Source: Geobacter metallireducens GS-15 (lineage in GTDB: Bacteria; Desulfobacterota; Desulfuromonadia; Geobacterales; Geobacteraceae). From it: a stretch of DNA of 32,000 nt. A program made the translations under genes and the position numbers. Below are positions 23,416 through 31,181 of this stretch, piece after piece. Below the pieces are notes generated by a model. It worked only from the letters and a program-made list of their open reading frames with translations. It made no database searches and had not been told where the DNA came from. The stretch spans positions 1,620,001 to 1,652,000 of the forward strand of contig NC_007517.1 in the NCBI RefSeq assembly GCF_000012925.1. The letters are read 5' to 3'. Every line of letters begins with the position of its first letter. The first letter of the stretch is position 1.

Positions 23416-24720
23416 TTGCAACGGGTGTCCACCGCACCAATGAAATGGCGCTCCATGCTGGACCGTGCCGCCGTCCGGGGTCTTCGCTCCGGGCGGCGGT
23501 GGCGGCCTCTCATTAACCGACGGATGGTCACGGGGTGGCTCGGCCGCCGCTACGAGGCCCTCTACGCCAGCCGCCGCCGCATCTTCGGCGCCAACTTCCT
23601 GAGCGGCCTCCTGATCGCCTTCTCGGTATTCTTCCTGGGGCAGACCGGGATATTTGGCGCTGTTCTCGATTTTTTCATCCGGCTCCTGCTGACCGCGAAG
23701 CTCATGCTGCTGGAGCGGCGTCTCATGCCGATGCCGTTTCTTCCCACCGCCGCCTCCTTCGTTACGGTCGTCGCCGCCGCGGCGCTCATCTGCACTCACG
23801 TCCGCTCCGTGGCAGTGGTGGTGGCGCTCAATGCCATCCTGTGCGTTGCCATTATCGGCATCAATCTCTTCGTGCCGATTCCGTTTCCCCTTCCCCTCGG
23901 CACGGTGCCGGTGGTGCTCCTCATCACCCTTGGCGCCCTTCTCGACTGGCTCCTGGAGCGCCGTCTGCTGCGGCGCCGCTCCACTCTTTCCGCGGAGCGC
24001 CAGGAGACCAGTTTCACGATCCTGCGTCACATAGCCCATAGCGTGAACCCCACCATCCAGATGGCGCTGGCGCCGCTGCGGGATCTGCACGACCACCTGG
24101 AGCGCCGCAGCCTGACGGGCGATATCATCGGCACCCGCCGCGACGGCAGCGCAGAGCGGGTGGAGGACGCCCTTGCGGCCACGGAGCTGGGGCTGCGGCA
24201 GATACGCGAGATACTGGACACCACGGAGGATCTTTTCGGCAACAGGATCGAGGATCGTGATTTTGAAGAGGTGGACCTGCGCGAGCTTTTCGCCCGGGAA
24301 ATCATCCCGCTCTTTCCCCACCCCCGCTTCTCTCTCCGGACCGAATTCAATTGCGTGAATACCGTACGGCTCCATCGTCCTTCCTTTGTGCAGGCGGTGA
24401 AAAACCTCATCCGTAACGCCGAGGTCCACGGCTTTCCCCCTGGCTTCCAGCGTGATGAGGGGCTCTGGGTGAGATTCTCCATTTCGCGGACGGTGAAGGA
24501 GATCGTCATCGACTACGAGAACAACGGCCTCCCATTTCCCCTAGGGTTGAGGACAAAAGACTTCCTCGCCTTCGGCACCAAAGGGAAGGGGAGCCCGGGC
24601 AAGGGGCTCGGCGGCGCGTGGGTTGCCAAATTCATTGAGATTCACAACGGCACGTTCAGCAAGTTGGGGAATGATCCGGTACGCTTCCGGATGACATTGC
24701 CGAGGAGGCGGGTGACATGA
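23416..24720 (+). CDS. Membrane-bound sensor histidine kinase (GHKL ATPase) with a multi-TM N-terminus (up to 434 aa)
   Basis: About five hydrophobic helices, then a putative phospho-His region SFTILRHIAHSVNPTIQMAL. The N-box is VKNLIRNAEVHGF. The G-boxes are VIDYENNGLPF and GTKGKGSPGKGLGGAWVAKFIEIHNG. The start is uncertain: TTG at 23416 (3 nt after the porin stop) or ATG at 23440, and neither has a clear SD. Confidence 0.8.
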   Translation: MQRVSTAPMKWRSMLDRAAVRGLRSGRRWRPLINRRMVTGWLGRRYEALYASRRRIFGANFLSGLLIAFSVFFLGQTGIFGAVLDFFIRLLLTAKLMLLERRLMPMPFLPTAASFVTVVAAAALICTHVRSVAVVVALNAILCVAIIGINLFVPIPFPLPLGTVPVVLLITLGALLDWLLERRLLRRRSTLSAERQETSFTILRHIAHSVNPTIQMALAPLRDLHDHLERRSLTGDIIGTRRDGSAERVEDALAATELGLRQIREILDTTEDLFGNRIEDRDFEEVDLRELFAREIIPLFPHPRFSLRTEFNCVNTVRLHRPSFVQAVKNLIRNAEVHGFPPGFQRDEGLWVRFSISRTVKEIVIDYENNGLPFPLGLRTKDFLAFGTKGKGSPGKGLGGAWVAKFIEIHNGTFSKLGNDPVRFRMTLPRRRVT

Positions 24721-25670
24721 GCGAGGGATGCGGCATTGCGCTCACCATGCTGATTATCGATGATGACGAGCGGTACGTGGACGCCCTTTTCCGCGACGCC
24801 CGAAGGGCCGGGATACGGCTTCTGCACGCGGGAAGCCTGGAGGAAGGGAAGCTGGTGGTCGAAGGTGTCGATGGGGCCGGCATCTGCGGGGTAATCCTCG
24901 ACGTGGAGTGCTATAAGCGCCGCGACGACGCAACCCCCGATTCCAGCTTCATCATCGCCGCCACCAAGTATTTCACCGAGAAGGCCCCCCATCTCCCGGT
25001 GGTGGCCCTGACCGGCGTTCAGGCGCTCTTCGACCGTTACGTGAAGGATTTTGCCGGCATCTGGCAGGTCTACAAAAAGGGACGCGACGAGTCAGCCATG
25101 TTCGCGCACCTTCGGCAACGGGCGCTGGAGCTTGAGTGGGTGAAAGTTGCCGGGCGTTATCCGGATGTTTTCCGGGTGGTGGATACGTACCTCGGTGCCG
25201 ACACCCGCCAGGCGCTCATGGACTGCCTGTTGACCATGGACGACGGCACTCCTGCCCGCATCCGGGGGAATCTGGCCAACCTGCGGAGCATCCAGGAGAA
25301 GCTCTACATCGTTCTCCACCGCCACCGCCCCGACATGGTGCCGCGCCGGTTCATCTACTACGAGCATGGCGACCAACCCCTCAAGAGCGTGAACGTGGCC
25401 GCCATCCTGGAGCACCTGAAAGGGAACTTCGACATGCGGAGGCAGCAGATTCAGGGGGAGGTATTCCTCCACTACCGCTCTCCCCTCTACCGCTTCTCGG
25501 AGCTGGTCTACCGGGTCTCCTCCGACGGCATCCATGCCATCGACGAAGACAGCGCCGACAAGCCGACCCGCTACACCGTTCAGGCGGTGGCCAATGCCTT
25601 GCTTGAGCTTGTCCTCTGGTTCGGGAGGGTGGCGGGGGAGGGGAGCATTGAATGTACCGGGGTACGTTAA
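24717..25670 (+). CDS. Response-regulator receiver protein with an unrecognised C-terminal output domain (317 aa)
   Basis: ATGA overlap with the kinase gene. The receiver residues occur in order: LIIDDDE (acidic pair), GVILDVE (phospho-Asp candidate), VVALTG (Thr), VYKKG (Lys). Residues from about 135 to 317 match no DNA-binding or enzymatic output domain that I recognise. Confidence 0.75.
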   Translation: MSEGCGIALTMLIIDDDERYVDALFRDARRAGIRLLHAGSLEEGKLVVEGVDGAGICGVILDVECYKRRDDATPDSSFIIAATKYFTEKAPHLPVVALTGVQALFDRYVKDFAGIWQVYKKGRDESAMFAHLRQRALELEWVKVAGRYPDVFRVVDTYLGADTRQALMDCLLTMDDGTPARIRGNLANLRSIQEKLYIVLHRHRPDMVPRRFIYYEHGDQPLKSVNVAAILEHLKGNFDMRRQQIQGEVFLHYRSPLYRFSELVYRVSSDGIHAIDEDSADKPTRYTVQAVANALLELVLWFGRVAGEGSIECTGVR

Positions 25671-25770
25671 TGCGTGACTTGGGGGCCAGGGTGGAGTCGG
25701 CTTTATGGATGTCAGGATGCGGGAAAAGTAGAGAGTTTCACGATACCGGTTGTTTCAGGAGGTGATCGCC

Positions 25771-25863
25771 ATGTACTGTTCCGTGTTTCGCCAGTATGGT
25801 CTCCACGGCAAGTCAAAATCATGCCGGAAGTGCGAAAACTGCCCCCGTCATCTGAAGCCGTGA
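25771..25863 (+). CDS. Candidate small Cys-rich protein (30 aa): MYCSVFRQYGLHGKSKSCRKCENCPRHLKP
   Basis: Below the size cut-off of the track. AGGAGG (25757-25762) lies 8 nt upstream of the ATG. Four Cys, including CxxCxxC. About 100 nt downstream of the response-regulator gene on the same strand. Confidence 0.3.
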   Translation: MYCSVFRQYGLHGKSKSCRKCENCPRHLKP

Positions 25864-26109
25864 GGGATGCTCAACGGGCGTAGAGATGATTGCAGGGGTG
25901 AAGGCAGAGGAAGTCGTCGCCGAACAGTATGGCATGGCTGCAGGTCGGTGGTGATCCAGCCTCAATCCTGCAGTAGAACAGATTGGTGTTCGGGGTTCTG
26001 ACGGTCTGACACTGATTATGGCCTGAAATTGTTATGTCCATACGGTAAGGCTAGCATGGCCAAGTGTGTTCGGTGTGACTATTGCGCAACAGTTGTCTGT
26101 ATTGCTACG

Positions 26110-26147
26110 AAAAAACCCGGACCGGGAAATCCCGATTCGGGTTTTTT
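26110..26147. terminator. Bidirectional rho-independent terminator
   Basis: aaaaaacccg (26110-26119) pairs with cgggtttttt (26138-26147), with an inner cggg/cccg stem. A-runs and T-runs flank both sides. It lies about 40 nt beyond the stop of the minus-strand gene at 26188. Confidence 0.75.
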
Positions 26148-26187
26148 CGTTGGCAGATGCCTCTTACTACCATATTCCGAATAGCTT

Positions 26188-27978
26188 CTACTGCGCCTTG
26201 ACGAAGATCGGGTTGCTGTAGAACCAGAGATCGTCCCAGGCCATGTCGGCAGTGTTGGTGCCGGGGGTGTTGAGCAGCGGATTGCCGGCGGCGTCGGTGC
26301 CGTAAACGATTTGGGTGCCGGTCGGGTCCATCTTTTTCACGTCATAGCCGAGATTGGTGCCGCGAATGCGGAAGAATATGTCGTTCTCGACCGCCGGCAC
26401 AGTGAAGGTCATGGTGGTGTACCCTTCAGCGTCGGTGCTCCAGGAAGCGGCGTCAAAGGTCTTGACCACGCCGGCCACGGTGGTGTCGATGACATTGAAC
26501 GCGGGGTTCGGGGTCACATTGTCAGCCATGAGCTTGCTTGCCCTGGTCGGGTTGATCCGTCCCTGGATCAGCTGGACGTGGTGCACCGACGGGGCCTTGC
26601 ACTGGTAGTCGGCAGAGGCGTTGACGCCGGCCTGGCAATTGTTGGTTGCCGGTGTTTTGAAACGGATCTTGACGGTGATCTTGTCTCCCTTCTCGACGGG
26701 GAGGGTTTCGCCCATGGTGGCGTTGTTGTAGCCTTGGGCTGCTTTCTTGTCCGGGGCGGCCCCGTGGAAGACCCTGAAGTCCAGCTCGTTGATCAGGTCG
26801 CCATGGACGGAAAACGCGTTCCCCGACCGCAGGCCGGCGACGACCTCTTCCTGAGAGTAGATGCCGTCATCATCGAGATCCTTCACCTTCACGTGGGTCT
26901 TGAGATACTCGCCCGGCCAGAAATCGGCGCCGGCATCGTTATGGAAATCGGAGCTGGCAAAGTTGAAGAAATACCTGCCGTCGGCCAGCAGGTTATCCCA
27001 GAGCCCGCCGACTTCCGCAATGTATTTGCCGGCTCCGCCATAGGTGCCGCCCCCACAGGCGCCGGTGCCGAACTCGCCGCGGTTGGCAGCCTTTTCGTGA
27101 CCGGGGATTCCCTCAAAGCCGAAGGCGACGGCGGGGCCGTTGTCGTTCATGTCGCGGAATGCGGCGATGGACCAGGCGTTAACGCCGCAGCCGGCCCGTT
27201 CCACGTGGGCCGGAATTATCCAGCCGGTGGCCGGATAGTTTGCCTGCATCCACCTGACCGCGTCGATGGTCTTATTGTGGAGGGCGTTCAGGGCCAGTAC
27301 CGCGGAGTAGTCGGGGGCCGTGTATGCGCTGTTCTGGAGCTTTCCTTGCCACCCCATGGTATCGGCCGTGGCGGTAGTGGCGGTGCCGTCGGAATCGGAC
27401 TTGTCGAAGCGGTATTCGAACTCGGCGATGGGGCGGGCATCGGCGGCAGCGATGCCGGTGCTGCTGTGCTCATGCCCCGGCGGGTTCCACTCCATGCCGG
27501 TCATGGCGAGTTTGTCGGGGTAGTTGGCGCGGATGCCGAGGAGCCAGTCGTAGGCCCCCAGGTAGGCCGGGCCGGTGTAGCCCGGGATGTCAGAGGTGCG
27601 AAGCAGGGACTGCCAGCGCCACATGTTGGCCGGCGCCGCTGCGGGGTTGGGATCCCCGACGGAGGGGAGGGAAGCAAATGTCGTCCACTTGTTGCCGAAT
27701 CCGTCCCGGTTCCGGACTCCGCCATGCTCGGAGTTCGCCTGGAAGTCGAGGCCGAAGCGGAACCCCTGGGGCATGACCCCTTTTTTCCAGGGAGCGGTTC
27801 TGGCTGCCGCCGCGGGTACGCCGGGTGCGTCCAGGTCGTTCATGGTGTAGCTGCCGTCGGTGAAGTAGGTATGCTGATGGAAGTCGCCGGTCATCCACTT
27901 CTCGGCGGCAAGGGCGTTGCCGGCGGTAATCACGGTTACCGCCAGTGCTGCAGCGAGCGCTTTACGATTGCCTGTCAT
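26188..27978 (-). CDS. Secreted PHP-domain-like metallo-phosphoesterase family protein (596 aa)
   Basis: Signal peptide ALAAALAVTVITAGNALA. GDFHQHTYFTDGS resembles PHP motif I (HxH...DG). Later His/Asp motifs occur at ANSEHGG, PPGHEHSS, IPAHVER and ASSDFHND. GGAGGA lies 9 nt upstream of the ATG. The family call is moderate; the substrate is unknown. Confidence 0.6.
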   Translation of the reverse strand: MTGNRKALAAALAVTVITAGNALAAEKWMTGDFHQHTYFTDGSYTMNDLDAPGVPAAAARTAPWKKGVMPQGFRFGLDFQANSEHGGVRNRDGFGNKWTTFASLPSVGDPNPAAAPANMWRWQSLLRTSDIPGYTGPAYLGAYDWLLGIRANYPDKLAMTGMEWNPPGHEHSSTGIAAADARPIAEFEYRFDKSDSDGTATTATADTMGWQGKLQNSAYTAPDYSAVLALNALHNKTIDAVRWMQANYPATGWIIPAHVERAGCGVNAWSIAAFRDMNDNGPAVAFGFEGIPGHEKAANRGEFGTGACGGGTYGGAGKYIAEVGGLWDNLLADGRYFFNFASSDFHNDAGADFWPGEYLKTHVKVKDLDDDGIYSQEEVVAGLRSGNAFSVHGDLINELDFRVFHGAAPDKKAAQGYNNATMGETLPVEKGDKITVKIRFKTPATNNCQAGVNASADYQCKAPSVHHVQLIQGRINPTRASKLMADNVTPNPAFNVIDTTVAGVVKTFDAASWSTDAEGYTTMTFTVPAVENDIFFRIRGTNLGYDVKKMDPTGTQIVYGTDAAGNPLLNTPGTNTADMAWDDLWFYSNPIFVKAQ

Positions 27979-28260
27979 TGAATCCGTTCCTCCTCGTTTT
28001 TGGCTGCGGGTATTCCCGTGATGTGACTATGCCTTGTGGTTATGTCGGTTTCATGGCAATTGACTAACAATTTGCTGATATATATCGGGACGTGAACCGG
28101 ATTGCAGGGGCGGGCCGCATGCTTGCAGGCAGGGCGGATGAGGCAAAAAAGTAACGCAGAATACTCCTGTCTGTCATGATGCCATGCTAGGTTGTCGGCT
28201 GACTGCTGGCCGGACATCGGCCGGACTGATTTATAATTCCACCCTGCAAGGAGAACACCC

Positions 28261-28641
28261 GTGTCGGACAAACCGCAAGTTACCTTCAAGTACATCTTCA
28301 CTTACGATTACAACCCGGCCTACGTGAACGGCGCCCATGGCGGCGTATCGCCTCGCGGCGACCTGGTGGTCAATTTCTATCTGGAGCGTCCGCCGCTCCC
28401 CAACGAGATCACTCACGAAATCAACCCCAACGGCACGGTCGGTGCGGAGACGGCTGTCGAGCCCGACGACTTCGCCCAGAGTCTCGTGCGCTTTGTCCCC
28501 TCGGGCATTGTGCTCAATCACCAGACCGCCCGAGAGCTCCATCACTGGCTGGGGGAGAAGGTCAGGGAGATGGAAGCCATCGAGCAGCACAAGTCGGCGA
28601 TGCGCACTCAGCAGGGTGAAGGCGATGGCCCCGCACATTGA
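28261..28641 (+). CDS. Hypothetical protein, DUF3467-like (126 aa, GTG start)
   Basis: AAGGAG lies 7 nt upstream of the GTG. AYVNGAHGGVSPRGDLVVNFYLERPPLP and VRFVPSGIVLNHQTARELHHWLGEKVREME resemble the two conserved blocks I recall for DUF3467. Confidence 0.5.
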   Translation: MSDKPQVTFKYIFTYDYNPAYVNGAHGGVSPRGDLVVNFYLERPPLPNEITHEINPNGTVGAETAVEPDDFAQSLVRFVPSGIVLNHQTARELHHWLGEKVREMEAIEQHKSAMRTQQGEGDGPAH

Positions 28642-28671
28642 TGCCAGTATGTAATTACGTAAGTACAAATA

Positions 28672-28704
28672 ACCCGCGGGGATAGTCTCTGTGGGTTTTT
28701 CTTT
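28672..28704 (+). terminator. Probable rho-independent terminator after the DUF3467-like gene
   Basis: acccgcgg (28672-28679) pairs with ctgtgggt (28689-28696). The stem is 8 bp including two G-U pairs, with a 9-nt loop, followed by tttttcttt. Confidence 0.45.
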
Positions 28705-28725
28705 GCCCATTCAAGGAGATGAATC

Positions 28726-28878
28726 ATGAAATGTCCCAAATGCAAAGCAACGGTCGGCATTCATCTGGCTGAATTCACCCTCTTGACCCATTCCGACGCC
28801 TGCGGCATACATTGTTATATCTGTGGCTACTGGCAAAATGCCGGCCTGAAGCGGGTTAAACGCCGTCCGGCGGAATGA
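28726..28878 (+). CDS. Candidate zinc-ribbon mini-protein (50 aa): MKCPKCKATVGIHLAEFTLLTHSDACGIHCYICGYWQNAGLKRVKRRPAE
   Basis: Below the track cut-off. AAGGAG lies 6 nt upstream of the ATG. The CPKC ... CYIC pair has zinc-ribbon spacing, and the tail is basic. It sits 30 nt upstream of the M28 peptidase gene. Confidence 0.4.
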   Translation: MKCPKCKATVGIHLAEFTLLTHSDACGIHCYICGYWQNAGLKRVKRRPAE

Positions 28879-28908
28879 AGTCGGGGTGGCAGCGGAGGGA
28901 GAAGAGAA

Positions 28909-29826
28909 GTGCGCGAGCATGACGAAGGGCTGTTGAACGGCATTACCCCGGACCGCATCCGCGATCACATCAGGGCTCTCGAAGGAGTCCGCCATCCCTT
29001 GGCAGCGCCCGAAGCCCTGGAGCGGGCAGCCGGATACATCCGGGAAACCTTCGGCTCCCTCGGCTACCCGGTGGCGGATCATCTCTTCATGGACGGCGGT
29101 CGCGAGTTCGCCAATATCATCGCTACCCATACCGGGGGGAGCAAATCGGGCCGGCGGGTGCTGGTGGTCGCCCACTACGACACGGTCACCACCACGCCCG
29201 GGGCCGATGATAATGCCAGTGGCGTGGCGGTGCTCCTGGAACTCGCCACCATCCTGAAGTGTCTCAGATTCGAGCGTTGCCTGCAGTTCGTGGCCGTAAC
29301 CCTTGAAGAAAACGAAGATGAGCACAACCCTCGGGACTTGGGAACCCGTGGCAGCAGGGCACTGGCGGCCCATGCGCGAAGGGAGGGGTGGGAGATCGAA
29401 GGAGCGGTGGTGCTGGAATCGGTGGCCTATGCCGGCGACGCCGTTGTTCAGCGAACTCCCGCGGGCATTCCGTTCACGGTTCCCGCTACGGGGAATTTCA
29501 TCGGGGTGATCGGCAACGAAGCGTCCCGGGGCATGGTGGACCGTTTCGGGCAGGCAGTCGGGAGTCGTGAAGCCGGGCTCCCCTGGGTGCCCCTGGTTGT
29601 CCCCGGAAACGGCGGGCTTTTGCCCGATTCGCGCCGCTCCGACCATGCGCCGTTCTGGGACCACGGCTACAAAGCCATCATGCTGACCGATACCACGAAT
29701 TTCCGCAATCCCCACTACCACCAGCCGAGCGACACCCTGGAGACTCTGAACCTCGATTTTGCGGTTCAGGTCTGCCGGGCGACCGCGGCCCTTCTCCTGG
29801 ACATCGCCAAGGCCTCAGAGCCGTGA
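28909..29826 (+). CDS. M28-family metallopeptidase (aminopeptidase-like), 305 aa, GTG start
   Basis: VLVVAHYDTVTTTPGADDNASGVAVLLELA (metal-ligand Asp region), LEENEDEH, and SDHAPFWDHGYKAIMLTD are the M28 hallmark blocks. Confidence 0.85.
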   Translation: MREHDEGLLNGITPDRIRDHIRALEGVRHPLAAPEALERAAGYIRETFGSLGYPVADHLFMDGGREFANIIATHTGGSKSGRRVLVVAHYDTVTTTPGADDNASGVAVLLELATILKCLRFERCLQFVAVTLEENEDEHNPRDLGTRGSRALAAHARREGWEIEGAVVLESVAYAGDAVVQRTPAGIPFTVPATGNFIGVIGNEASRGMVDRFGQAVGSREAGLPWVPLVVPGNGGLLPDSRRSDHAPFWDHGYKAIMLTDTTNFRNPHYHQPSDTLETLNLDFAVQVCRATAALLLDIAKASEP

Positions 29827-29977
29827 GGTTTCACTTTCAATTGTTACAATTTTCGCTCTCCCCTTGCTAATCGCTCGACCTCTGATACCTGTTACATCTG
29901 AGAGGCGCCGTAACCCGTTCGCAACCGAATGCTTCCGTCCACGAACCCGAAGCCCCCGGCGTCTCCGGAGGTGAGCC

Positions 29978-31018
29978 ATGGCCAGACCGTCAGCGCCGCC
30001 GATGCGTGTCCATGGGGATGAGCTGCTCTACGCGGCTCGCAAGATACTGAATATCGCCCCGGGCATAAGGGGATATGGCCGTATGGTTTCCGCGCTGCTT
30101 CCCTGCCTGACCGGTGTCGGCTGCCTCTACCAGGCCGTTGCCACGGCCCTTGACCGGCGCAGGTATCCGCCTCCCGGAAGGCTCCTGAAGATCGGCGGCA
30201 CCGACGTGCATTTCCACGCGACCGACCGGCGCGGTGCGCCCACTGTTGTTCTCGAAACAGGGCTGGGGGGGATGTCTTCCGCCTGGGGATGGATTCAGCC
30301 CGAAGTTGCCAAATTCGCCCGGGTCGTCTCCTATGATCGTGCCGGTCTCGGTTGGAGCGCCCCCGACGATCTCCCCCGGACGGCGCTCACCGTGACCCGG
30401 CGGCTCCGGGCACTGCTCCATGACGGAGAGGTCGAGGGCCCCTATGTGCTGGTCGGCCACTCCATGGGGGGTATGTTCATGCGTTTTTTTGCCGATCAGT
30501 ATCCCGGGGATGTGGCCGGGATGGTGCTGATTGATGCCGCCCACCCAGATCAGCACAGAAGAAGCCCGGCAATCCGCCGGCACATGAGTTCCGGTTTCCG
30601 GATGCTGAGAGGTGTCCCGCTTCTGGCAGGGCTCGGGTATGTCCGCATGACCGGCTTTTTCAGTTCCTGGGCCGTGGGATTGCCCGAGCGTCATGCCGCG
30701 GAGGCGGAGGCGTTTCTCTCTTCCTACACCCATTTGAAAACCACCCGCGACGAGTCCCTTGCCTGGGATGCCGTATGCGCCGAGGTCCGGAGCACCGGAC
30801 GACTCGGCGACAGGCCGCTGGCAGTGGTCAGTGCGGGAAAGGATGTGCTTCCCGGTTCCCATGAGCTGCAGTCGGAGCTCGCCGCCCTCTCTTCGCGCAG
30901 CATCCACCTCACCGTGGAAGGGGCCGACCACGTCACCCTCGTTACCCATCGTCAGCATGCCATGGCGGTTGTCGACGCAATCCGCCAGGTGGTGCAGATG
31001 GCCGACCGCGAACGATAA
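29978..31018 (+). CDS. Alpha/beta-fold hydrolase (346 aa)
   Basis: GGAGGTGA lies 3-5 nt upstream of the ATG. PTVVLETGLGGMSSAW (oxyanion region), YVLVGHSMGGMFMRFFA (G-x-S-x-G nucleophile elbow), LIDAAHPD, and GADHVTL (catalytic His region). Confidence 0.85.
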   Translation: MARPSAPPMRVHGDELLYAARKILNIAPGIRGYGRMVSALLPCLTGVGCLYQAVATALDRRRYPPPGRLLKIGGTDVHFHATDRRGAPTVVLETGLGGMSSAWGWIQPEVAKFARVVSYDRAGLGWSAPDDLPRTALTVTRRLRALLHDGEVEGPYVLVGHSMGGMFMRFFADQYPGDVAGMVLIDAAHPDQHRRSPAIRRHMSSGFRMLRGVPLLAGLGYVRMTGFFSSWAVGLPERHAAEAEAFLSSYTHLKTTRDESLAWDAVCAEVRSTGRLGDRPLAVVSAGKDVLPGSHELQSELAALSSRSIHLTVEGADHVTLVTHRQHAMAVVDAIRQVVQMADRER

Positions 31019-31181
31019 AGGAATCTCCTGCCCAATGCCGTTTTCCGATCGTGAACCCTGCCTCAGTAACTCAGACGTGGCAGAGAGTACACATTCCCGA
31101 AGCACCGCCCCGTTATGCTTTTGTGGCTGATAAAGAGCATGGGGATGGACGGCGGATCATACTCCAGAGGATACTTTCATT

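Noticed and set aside
22690-24429. 579-aa minus-strand ORF spanning the barrel and kinase genes
   Set aside because: It crosses a gene boundary on the opposite strand and has no recognisable motifs. The plus-strand products carry OMP and GHKL signatures.
25674-25883. 69-aa plus-strand track ORF (GTG start) after the response regulator
   Set aside because: There is no SD and the sequence is featureless. It overlaps, in another frame, the short Cys-rich ORF that does have a strong SD.
26311-27981. 556-aa plus-strand ORF opposite the PHP-like gene
   Set aside because: The Gly/Val/Arg-rich translation has no signal peptide or motifs. The minus-strand frame has an SD, a signal peptide, PHP-like His motifs and a downstream terminator.
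28045-28075. Possible sigma54 -24/-12 element (TGGCA ... TTTGC) between the divergent genes
   Set aside because: The spacing between the GG and GC elements does not fit the TGGCAC-N5-TTGC consensus when counted out.
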